A stretch of DNA of 52,385 nucleotides from a virus (Duplodnaviria; Caudoviricetes): positions 1-52,385 of the IMG/VR virus record IMGVR_UViG_3300022602_000137; one strand, given 5' to 3'. The notes under the pieces are model-generated. The model was not told where the DNA came from. It saw nothing but the letters and a program-made list of their open reading frames with translations, and did not search any database. Numbering within the stretch: position 1 is the stretch's first letter; every line of letters begins with the position of its first letter. The position numbers and the translations under genes were made by a program. Shown one piece after another: positions 44,982-52,385 of the stretch.

Positions 44982-45701
44982 ATGAGTAAAAGAGTGAAGA
45001 AACGCTTTACATCAGAAGTTAACATAATTGATTTTCATCAACCATACCTTCCTTCAAAGAAGCCGCGTGTAAGTCTTTATCCACGCAATTCCAACCAAGA
45101 AACATATATCCGTAAATTACAGGACGAAAGCAAAAGTATTATTTTAGCTATTGGCCCTGCTGGTACGGGTAAGACTATGTTGGCTGTACAAGCTGGAATT
45201 AAAATGTTTCAAGAAGGTAAAATTGATAAAATCGTTGTGACAAGACCTGCCGTTTCTGTAGATGAAGATTTAGGATTTTTACCAGGTACGCTAAATGAAA
45301 AAATGGCTCCTTGGACTCGTCCTATATTTGATGTTTTTCAGGAATATTACCAACAAAAAGATATAGCAAGAATGCTAGAGGAAGGAACTATTGAAATAAG
45401 CCCATTGGCCTATATGCGAGGCCGCACATTTAAAAACGCATACATCGTCGCAGACGAATGCCAGAACACAACAGTAAATCAAATGAAGATGCTACTAACC
45501 CGACTAGGAGAGGGCTCTAAGATGGTAGTCACAGGAGATTTAGCTCAAGCAGATAGATTAAGTGATAATGGATTAATAGATTTTTGTAATTTATTAGCCG
45601 GCCGTCCTGGACTACATCATATCGATGTTATACAGTTTGACGCCAAAGACATCGAACGCCATAATGCCGTGAAGGAGGTGTTAGCGGTTTATGGAGACTA
45701 A
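44982..45701 (+). CDS. phoH: PhoH-family ATPase
   Basis: GPAGTGKT, TRP, LGFLPG, YMRGRTF, DECQN, LTRLG, TGD..Q.D. Confidence 0.96.
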   Translation: MSKRVKKRFTSEVNIIDFHQPYLPSKKPRVSLYPRNSNQETYIRKLQDESKSIILAIGPAGTGKTMLAVQAGIKMFQEGKIDKIVVTRPAVSVDEDLGFLPGTLNEKMAPWTRPIFDVFQEYYQQKDIARMLEEGTIEISPLAYMRGRTFKNAYIVADECQNTTVNQMKMLLTRLGEGSKMVVTGDLAQADRLSDNGLIDFCNLLAGRPGLHHIDVIQFDAKDIERHNAVKEVLAVYGD

Positions 45702-45711
45702 TAGGATGTAA

Positions 45712-45737
45712 AAAAAGGACTCTTAGGAGTCCTTTTT
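45712..45737. terminator. bidirectional intrinsic terminator
   Basis: AAAAAGGACTC-TTAG-GAGTCCTTTTT between convergent phoH and dCMP deaminase. Confidence 0.88.
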
Positions 45738-46184
45738 CATTTGCGGAACTTGCGTAACTGCTACCTTTGACTGTTCGAGGAAACGTATTCCATCTTCGCT
45801 ACGATAAGCGTCACGATAAAAGACACTCCGAATGCCAGACTGGTATATAAGTTTGGCGCAATCCAAACAAGGAGCGTGAGTAATAAACATATCAGCATCG
45901 AGCCCAGACTCATTGCTTTTAGCCAACTTAGCGATTGCATTTGTTTCAGCATGTAATACCTCCGGTTTAGTTTTTAAAACTGTTTCAGGTTCATCATCAC
46001 CATTATCTGTAAGTATTTCATATTCACAGTCGTTATCCCAACCTGCCGGCATACCATTGTAGCCAATTGAAATAATCCTATCGTCCTTGACAATAATAGC
46101 ACCAACATGTAGTCTACGTGCATGGCTGAGCTCTGCAAATATTTCAGCAGTATTCATGTATGCGTAGATAAACTTTGGTTTCAT
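45723..46184 (-). CDS. dCMP deaminase
   Basis: VGA, GYNG, HAE.NA, PCLDC. Confidence 0.93.
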   Translation of the reverse strand: MKPKFIYAYMNTAEIFAELSHARRLHVGAIIVKDDRIISIGYNGMPAGWDNDCEYEILTDNGDDEPETVLKTKPEVLHAETNAIAKLAKSNESGLDADMFITHAPCLDCAKLIYQSGIRSVFYRDAYRSEDGIRFLEQSKVAVTQVPQMKKDS

Positions 46185-47095
46185 AGATGACTTAATCTAA
46201 TCAGTGTTGCGGCGAGATTGATTTCTGGATCCATAACTAGAGCATGATCAACTAATCCTTGTTTGATAATGAGAATCGCTTTATCTTGTACAGACTCATC
46301 ACCAAAGATACTAACATTGTCATAGAGCCAACGATAAATTTCATCCATTTCTTCTGGCAATGCTTGATTACATACTAGTTTACGTGCTTCTGAAATTTTG
46401 CCTGCTTTAAATAAATCTACCATTTCAGTTCTATAGTCAACACTAGAATCGCTGGTTTCTGGATTATGTAATTCGCCATCCATGCTATTTTGTTGTAAAC
46501 TATTAATACATTTACGTAAATCTGGATAAGTTGACGATACATAAGAAGCTAGTACTTCTTCAGAAAATGTCACACCTTCCTGTTTTAAAATATTTTCTAC
46601 ACGTTTAAAAAACTCAAGCATATCTGTTTTATTAATATGTAGACGCTGACAACGACTATGGATCGCTGGAATAAGTTTGTTAGGGTAGTTACAAGTTAAA
46701 ATAAATCTAACAGTATTACTATATTCTTCCATTAAGTTACGTAAAGCAGGTTGAACTGAGTTAATGTTCATATAGTCTGCTTCGTCGATAAGTACAATCT
46801 TAAAATCACCAAATGCCATAGTTTGGCAAAAGCCGATTAATTTATCAACCCACTCAACTTTACGTGCTTCTTTGGATCCGTTAGCGTACATAACATCACT
46901 GTCCTGTACACCTAACTTGTTAATTAGTATCTTAGCTAATGTAGTTTTACCTACACCAGCATTACCGCTAAACAACAGATGTGGAATTGATCCTTCTTTA
47001 ATCCAGCTTTCTATTTGCGACTTTTGATGATCGTCAGCAAAAACATATCCGTCTAAGGTATCTGGGCGATACTTTTCTACCCAAAGTTCTTTCAT
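46181..47095 (-). CDS. clamp loader ATPase subunit (gp44/RFC-like)
   Basis: LWVEKYRP, GNAGVGKT, IDEAD, FILTCN, SRC, DLRK; start MKELW. Confidence 0.93.
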   Translation of the reverse strand: MKELWVEKYRPDTLDGYVFADDHQKSQIESWIKEGSIPHLLFSGNAGVGKTTLAKILINKLGVQDSDVMYANGSKEARKVEWVDKLIGFCQTMAFGDFKIVLIDEADYMNINSVQPALRNLMEEYSNTVRFILTCNYPNKLIPAIHSRCQRLHINKTDMLEFFKRVENILKQEGVTFSEEVLASYVSSTYPDLRKCINSLQQNSMDGELHNPETSDSSVDYRTEMVDLFKAGKISEARKLVCNQALPEEMDEIYRWLYDNVSIFGDESVQDKAILIIKQGLVDHALVMDPEINLAATLIRLSHL

Positions 47096-47337
47096 ACTAA
47101 TTCCTCGGCAATTCCTAACACTTCTGCTATTACTAACAATAATCCAGCGCCTTGAATGTATGGATTCATTTCTAACCAACCACCACCAGCAAGTGCTAGA
47201 CCAGCGGCAATCCTAAATACACTTTTAATCATGCTTACGCTAGTGTGTGTAAAGAATTTTTTAGCCTGTATAACATCGCCATCTAATACGCTTTTTGCCT
47301 TTTTAATGTCCTGTACTGCTTCTTCATGTGTACTCAT
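47092..47337 (-). CDS. small membrane protein
   Basis: S.IKS.FRI...AEVLGIAEELV, two hydrophobic segments. Confidence 0.75.
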   Translation of the reverse strand: MSTHEEAVQDIKKAKSVLDGDVIQAKKFFTHTSVSMIKSVFRIAAGLALAGGGWLEMNPYIQGAGLLLVIAEVLGIAEELV

Positions 47338-47346
47338 AATAGTTCC

Positions 47347-47487
47347 TTAAATGTAATATAGTAGTGTGTGGAGATCCCAGCCTAATAAACCTGCCCAAAA
47401 CATAGCCCAACCGATCTGATACTGATCATATGATTGCTTGGCAAAATATGCCGCAATACCTGTAACAACAAGATGTAATATAAACAT
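47347..47487 (-). CDS. small membrane protein
   Basis: 46 aa from MFILH with AAGGAG RBS, directly after promoter. Confidence 0.7.
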   Translation of the reverse strand: MFILHLVVTGIAAYFAKQSYDQYQIGWAMFWAGLLGWDLHTLLYYI

Positions 47488-47506
47488 TTGAGTTCTCCTT
47501 TTACAT

Positions 47507-47544
47507 ATTATAAAGGTGAGAACAGGACTTGTCAATAGTCCTGT
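47507..47544 (-). promoter_or_regulatory. consensus sigma70 promoter with -35 box in the loop of an 8-bp inverted repeat
   Basis: TTGACA-17nt-TATAAT; ACAGGACT-ATTGACA-AGTCCTGT. Confidence 0.85.
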
Positions 47545-47560
47545 AGCTCAAATACTTAGA

Positions 47561-47971
47561 TTATTGTTCGAAACTTGCTCGGGCAAATGTCGAAGGATCG
47601 AATGTTGCGTGTGACACCTGAGAGTGACTACCAAACGTTTGTAATAAATTTTCATCGGGCTTTTCGTCACTGACCATTAAAATTCCGTTTAGATCTATTC
47701 GGCGAATAATAATATCAGAGCCATCTTCCTGCTCTAATGTTACACCTCTAGTCCAACGACCGTGTTCAACTAAGATCCAATCTCCTACTTTGATATCCTG
47801 TTGTTCTGGACCAACTGCCCAAACACGCCCCCAGCGATGACGGATTCCTTCTGATTTACCATCATCACTTAATAGCACTAAACCGCCTTTGGATTGTCGC
47901 TCTCCAAATTCCATATCTGTAACGATTACGTTGTCACGAATTGGGATTAATTTACCTGTTACCTTGTTCAT
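47561..47971 (-). CDS. groES: GroES-like co-chaperonin
   Basis: LIPIRDNVIV, SKGGLVL mobile loop, GRVWAVGP, IKVGD. Confidence 0.88.
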   Translation of the reverse strand: MNKVTGKLIPIRDNVIVTDMEFGERQSKGGLVLLSDDGKSEGIRHRWGRVWAVGPEQQDIKVGDWILVEHGRWTRGVTLEQEDGSDIIIRRIDLNGILMVSDEKPDENLLQTFGSHSQVSHATFDPSTFARASFEQ

Positions 47972-48279
47972 TCTTCACCTAATGGATCTTGAGTAGAAAT
48001 ATCTTTTTTAGTTACTGTTGGCACAGCAGGTGCCTTTGTTACAGCAGGTGCTGGAACCGGATCTGGCGTTCTAACATTAAATTGATTTGGAATCGCTTGA
48101 CCAGTTTGTTCAGCTACGATCTGCTCTCGAGTTTTAATAATAGTTCCGCCTGGGCCTAATTTATCACCGCGAGCATTAACTTTAGCATTGCCAACGGCAA
48201 TAGTCATTTCGTTTTGTTTAACCAACTGTAGCATGTCAATTTCTTTGCCACGAGCTGATCTGTAAATTTGTTTTGCCAT
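47968..48279 (-). CDS. hypothetical phage protein
   Basis: 103 aa, AVGN..VNARGD.LG.GG, AGGAG RBS. Confidence 0.8.
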   Translation of the reverse strand: MAKQIYRSARGKEIDMLQLVKQNEMTIAVGNAKVNARGDKLGPGGTIIKTREQIVAEQTGQAIPNQFNVRTPDPVPAPAVTKAPAVPTVTKKDISTQDPLGEE

Positions 48280-48305
48280 TTTAATCTCCTAGATTATATT
48301 ACTAC

Positions 48306-48815
48306 TTATCTCAGGAATTCCTGCCAGTCTAAATTATATTTGACTGAATCGATTTGATGAACGCCTAGTAAAAATAGCACAAAACTAGCTACACTTGAGC
48401 CACGTCCTACACCCCAAACAATGCCGTTTTCAGTACAAGTATCTACAAAATGTTTGGTCCATTGTAGCAACGGAATCATGCCGCGTTCATTGTAAGCGTC
48501 CATTTCATCTTGTACACGTTGATTTTGCTCATCAGTAGAGCATCTTTCTAAACACCAGGCTTCTACATCAAAGTCGCGATATTCCGGAGGCATAAACCAA
48601 TCACTTTGTAGGGCAGAGTCGAAGTCTTCGATGCTAATTTGATCTAATTGTTCGTTAAACTTTTGGAACGTGAATCCAGCAGTATGCTCTAACTGTTCAA
48701 TATCTTCTGTATAGTCTACGGTGATATCTTTGAGGTTGGTTAGCTTTCCTTGATAAAGGAATTTGAATATATCTTGTGAATTAAAAATGGGATTACCGAA
48801 TTTATCTAGGCGCAT
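48306..48815 (-). CDS. stand-alone fragment homologous to DNA polymerase III alpha (DnaE) palm N-part
   Basis: GVGRGSSVAS.V.F.LG...ID..KY.L...FL matches DnaE GRGSAAGSLV.Y.LGIT.IDP....L.FERFL. Confidence 0.8.
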   Translation of the reverse strand: MRLDKFGNPIFNSQDIFKFLYQGKLTNLKDITVDYTEDIEQLEHTAGFTFQKFNEQLDQISIEDFDSALQSDWFMPPEYRDFDVEAWCLERCSTDEQNQRVQDEMDAYNERGMIPLLQWTKHFVDTCTENGIVWGVGRGSSVASFVLFLLGVHQIDSVKYNLDWQEFLR

Positions 48816-48825
48816 AGCCTATAGT

Positions 48826-49056
48826 TTAACTGATGTTGATCAGCTTGTCAAGACCTTTATCGCGATTTGCCATCATTTTTTCTATGGCAAGTTGCTGTCG
48901 TCTACTCGATTCTTCTTTGTATGCTTCCAAAAGAGCAGATATTTGAGCTTGGACTCCCGGATTATGAGTCATAAAATACTTTTTAGTAAGATCTGTAATC
49001 TTATCATGAATCTCGTTATCTTTGAGATTGGCAAAATCACCGGCTAATGGATGCAT
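48826..49056 (-). CDS. hypothetical phage protein
   Basis: 76-aa helical ORF. Confidence 0.75.
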   Translation of the reverse strand: MHPLAGDFANLKDNEIHDKITDLTKKYFMTHNPGVQAQISALLEAYKEESSRRQQLAIEKMMANRDKGLDKLINIS

Positions 49057-49058
49057 AA

Positions 49059-49634
49059 TTAGATAGCGTAGGTAAATGTACCTAAGTGGCGAATGAATAC
49101 ATTTTGGTGATCAACAGTTATTGCTTCAAGCATAATTGATGTTGTTGCATTACTGATAGCCAAACTAGGTAAAGTGGTCGATGAATACACTTGTCCACCT
49201 GCTGTGGCAGCAAATGTAGGAGTCCATGTACCATTGCCGTCACCTTCGACAATGATAATTGCTGTACTGAAAATATTTACACCGTTATATGATGGCCAAT
49301 TAGTAAATGTTAATGTAGCATTTCCCGATAAGACAAATTTCTGTGCAGCACCAATAGACAAATCAATAGCATACGCACCACTAACACCGCTCGCTACGTT
49401 TAAAGTAGCAGATAGTTGAGTATACAATCCATTGCTAAGTGTGCTTCCTAGCAAGTTGTTTATTGGTTGTGTAACATCAACACTGTTAGTTTGTAGTGCT
49501 GTGATTTCGTTTTTAGCAGTGGTAAAATTAGCTACGATTTCCGCAAAATTATCACGGAATCCCTGGCTGTCATTATCTTGTCCAGCTACTGGAAAAGTTG
49601 TTGATATTAAATTTGGTGTTATTGCGCTTGTCAT
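49059..49634 (-). CDS. putative baseplate/tail-associated structural protein
   Basis: FPVAGQDNDSQGFRDNF, short coil then beta-rich domain; coupled to upstream structural gene. Confidence 0.6.
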   Translation of the reverse strand: MTSAITPNLISTTFPVAGQDNDSQGFRDNFAEIVANFTTAKNEITALQTNSVDVTQPINNLLGSTLSNGLYTQLSATLNVASGVSGAYAIDLSIGAAQKFVLSGNATLTFTNWPSYNGVNIFSTAIIIVEGDGNGTWTPTFAATAGGQVYSSTTLPSLAISNATTSIMLEAITVDHQNVFIRHLGTFTYAI

Positions 49635-52384
49635 ACAGTTATCCTATCATCTCTGAATACAAGGTATTTATCGCTTGTATAACCGGTGACAGCTGAGATT
49701 GTGAATCTGTCTACGGTGTAATCTATTGTGCTAAAATCAAACCCGCTAAATTTGATATTTTTTACTATTGCACTGCTAGTTCCTACTTTACAAAAACAAA
49801 GTGGTACACACAGTACATAACCTAGTTGTTCTTTACTGCCGCTAGGAATGCTACGCATCCATAATGGCAAATAATTGCGTTCGCTTAGTCCTACAGCACT
49901 TAATCTTGTCTGCCAATTTGTAATACTATTTGGATAATATTCGTTGATATTTGGACTACCTGCTTGATATCCAGTACTATCTATTGTAATTTCGTAATCT
50001 GGACGTACAGCAGACGGAGCAGTAGTATTAAGGTCATCAGATCTAATTGACCATATACTGTTGCTATCGTCAACTGTAATTGGTTTAGGTTCAGTAGTTG
50101 GTGTTTTTATAGCCAATGGCAAATGTTTTCCATCTGTTTCCATAGGATCGATCATTTTTATATAAACTACCTCATATACTGGGTTACCGGTATTGGGATC
50201 AATAGCAGTTGCTGAGTTAACTGATCCAAACTTAAATCTCTTACGTTTAAATCCTAAACCCATTGCTCCAACATAGGCTGCCGCAACTTCTGTTTGTATA
50301 CCAGCGTATACTAACATGGTTAAATTTGATTGAACTCCGAAATTACTATCAGTTGATCGATAAATGCTACTAGGAGTAAAGATTGTACTATTGTTAATAA
50401 ATGTTCGCCATTCTGATCTTTGTGTAGGTGATAAGAAAGGTTGAGTAGTTATATTGCTGTATGGTACAGTGTTAGGCGTTGTAATGGTAATTGAAAATTC
50501 TTTTGAAACAGCACTATATTCATACTGATCGCCAACTGTAACTGTAAATTTATAAACTCGATCAATAGTAGTAGCATTGTAATCAAATGTTAAATTTCCA
50601 CCATCAAATGTAGTTAATCCTAACTCGTGTGTACTAGAATTATAGTATTGATTAGGAATACCTGTTATCTCACCATCTAGATTTAATTTTAATCCGGGAG
50701 GCAAAGAACCTTTAGTTACATTATACAATAATATAGCATCTGGTATATTAGTACTGGCACTTACGTTTAGTGTAGAAATATAATTAGCTGGTATAGTTCC
50801 TAATAATGAAGGACTGTTCCAAGTGATAGTACTAGTTATACTACCTAATATTGTGATAGTAAATGTTTTTGTACTTCTAATCTGCTCAGTATCAGTGGCA
50901 TCTATTCTAAGTGCTGTGATACTAAATTTATAACTTTTAGTAATGGTTGGTTGATAAGGAACTCTGCCATATAAATCACCAGTTTGTTCATCAAATTCTA
51001 TACCTGGTGGTAACTGACTAAGAGTGCCTATATAAAATCCTGTGAAATCTGGAATACTAAGTAACAAAGGTGTAGATAAAAATAATCTATAATAGCCTTC
51101 TCCTAGATCACTTACTGATGAAATTTGATACGTTGCTCCGGTAGCACCTGTTAAGAAAAAATCAAAAGTCAAATATTGTCCGATTTGCGGAACGCCGCTG
51201 GCATTAGTAATTGTTAAAGAATTACCACCTTGTCTGTTATCAGTAAGGTGTACTTGTTTAGTTACAGTATAAATTTCAGCATTAGTAGTTTCTAAACGAA
51301 ACAATGTAAGCGTGTTATCATATAACGCAATCGGCACTGTAAGATAATTATTAGCTCTATGAAGCCCTAGATTAGAATTAGACAACCATACAGGTGTTCT
51401 TAAAAAACTAGCATCTGCGGTAAACCCCATATCAGAAGCAAAACCGTCAAGTGAGGTAGAATCTGCGCGGAACTGATCATTACCTACAACAAATATTCTA
51501 AATAAACGTTGTGCTGTATTGACACCGTCTGTTAATGTTACTCGAAATTGATAGTTAGAATTTAAACTTTTAGGAACAGCATATGGTTGATTATAGTCAA
51601 AGTACAAATCATCATAGTTGTATGTGTCAAAACCATCCGAAGCAGTTAGACCAAAGTCAAATGCTCCAGCATCATAATATGCCTCGTCAAAATTACCATT
51701 TCCTTCAGCAGGTGTTATAATTAATTTTGGTTGTATATATCCACTAATGACACCGTCATCGGTTAATGTTAACCCTGGAGGTAATTCTCCATCGCCGGAT
51801 GCGATAAAATATTTTAATACAGCCCCAACTTCTGTGTTTAAATCAAAGGCTTCGATTTGATAATTTACATATGACTCGTCTAAAGCGTATAATTGTTTAG
51901 CAGGCCCAACCGGTAAATTGCCAGGGTCGGTAATAAACTCTGGAAGGTTAGTACTTGAGATTTGAATTTTAAATGTGCGGTCAGCAAATCCTGAGCCATT
52001 GGTAACTACACTAGTGATATTTTTTGTAATGTTTACGGCAAAGGTACCATCACCGTTGTCTGATACTATATAAGTTCCGACAGGGATACCCGAACCAGTC
52101 AAGGTCATACCTACTAAGAATAGGCCTGTTGTAGTTCCTCCTGGTATAAATTTGCCAGCATCAAACCTAGCGGCAGTTGAACTAGCGGTTGAACTAGCTC
52201 TAATACAGAAATTATAAGTTTGTATTCCTTGGGTAACAAATGGGCTACCAACGATATGGCCATCTTTTATACCCAGTCCGCCGGGCAATGCTCCACTAAT
52301 TATACTAAATGTTAAATTAGATACATTAGTGGAGGTAGGATATGATGCTCGAGCTACAATAGTCGATACATTTCCATTATATAA
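49631..52384 (-). CDS. large baseplate wedge-like structural protein with Ig-like (He_PIG-type) repeats, 5'-truncated
   Basis: Frame open to window end; repeated G.LPPGL.L...G.I.G.P motifs; T/S-rich beta composition. Confidence 0.7.
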   Translation of the reverse strand, partial: LYNGNVSTIVARASYPTSTNVSNLTFSIISGALPGGLGIKDGHIVGSPFVTQGIQTYNFCIRASSTASSTAARFDAGKFIPGGTTTGLFLVGMTLTGSGIPVGTYIVSDNGDGTFAVNITKNITSVVTNGSGFADRTFKIQISSTNLPEFITDPGNLPVGPAKQLYALDESYVNYQIEAFDLNTEVGAVLKYFIASGDGELPPGLTLTDDGVISGYIQPKLIITPAEGNGNFDEAYYDAGAFDFGLTASDGFDTYNYDDLYFDYNQPYAVPKSLNSNYQFRVTLTDGVNTAQRLFRIFVVGNDQFRADSTSLDGFASDMGFTADASFLRTPVWLSNSNLGLHRANNYLTVPIALYDNTLTLFRLETTNAEIYTVTKQVHLTDNRQGGNSLTITNASGVPQIGQYLTFDFFLTGATGATYQISSVSDLGEGYYRLFLSTPLLLSIPDFTGFYIGTLSQLPPGIEFDEQTGDLYGRVPYQPTITKSYKFSITALRIDATDTEQIRSTKTFTITILGSITSTITWNSPSLLGTIPANYISTLNVSASTNIPDAILLYNVTKGSLPPGLKLNLDGEITGIPNQYYNSSTHELGLTTFDGGNLTFDYNATTIDRVYKFTVTVGDQYEYSAVSKEFSITITTPNTVPYSNITTQPFLSPTQRSEWRTFINNSTIFTPSSIYRSTDSNFGVQSNLTMLVYAGIQTEVAAAYVGAMGLGFKRKRFKFGSVNSATAIDPNTGNPVYEVVYIKMIDPMETDGKHLPLAIKTPTTEPKPITVDDSNSIWSIRSDDLNTTAPSAVRPDYEITIDSTGYQAGSPNINEYYPNSITNWQTRLSAVGLSERNYLPLWMRSIPSGSKEQLGYVLCVPLCFCKVGTSSAIVKNIKFSGFDFSTIDYTVDRFTISAVTGYTSDKYLVFRDDRITV

Positions 52385-52385
52385 A

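Noticed and set aside
1-52385. Stop-codon reassignment, tRNA genes, integrase or IS elements
   Set aside because: Known proteins are intact under code 11; intergenic gaps are short and no cloverleaf or recombinase/transposase motif was seen by eye

Overview
A 52-kb, AT-rich, gene-dense fragment of a large lytic T4-superfamily-like (probably jumbo) myophage of a Gram-negative host. Evidence: family B DNA polymerase, sliding clamp, clamp loader, RNase H, GroES, PhoH, a baseplate gene, a GH19 endolysin with spanins and holin, perfect sigma70 promoters and a recurrent TAAATA late-promoter-like box. Nearly all genes are on the minus strand. No tRNA, CRISPR array, integrase or IS element was seen. 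Three things stand out. (1) A 7-deazaguanine locus beside the replisome genes: FolE, QueD-like, QueE, a large TGT/DpdA-like transglycosylase, a GT-B glycosyltransferase, UDP-glucose dehydrogenase, a purine PRTase and a cupin, with no QueC/QueF in the window. The transglycosylase ends in nearly the same peptide as the polymerase (FNESLFEL vs FNSLFEF), suggesting clamp-coupled and possibly glycosylated guanine hypermodification. (2) A 10-kb late-promoter block of putative capsid-packaged, protease-processed proteins sharing an N-terminal tag, carrying three different nucleotidyltransferase folds, Dps and a probable ejection protein. (3) Several structured leaders: tandem H-type pseudoknots before polB, a bistable switch before phoH, and promoter-overlapping hairpins. 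All functional calls come from motifs recognised by eye; no database searches were run.
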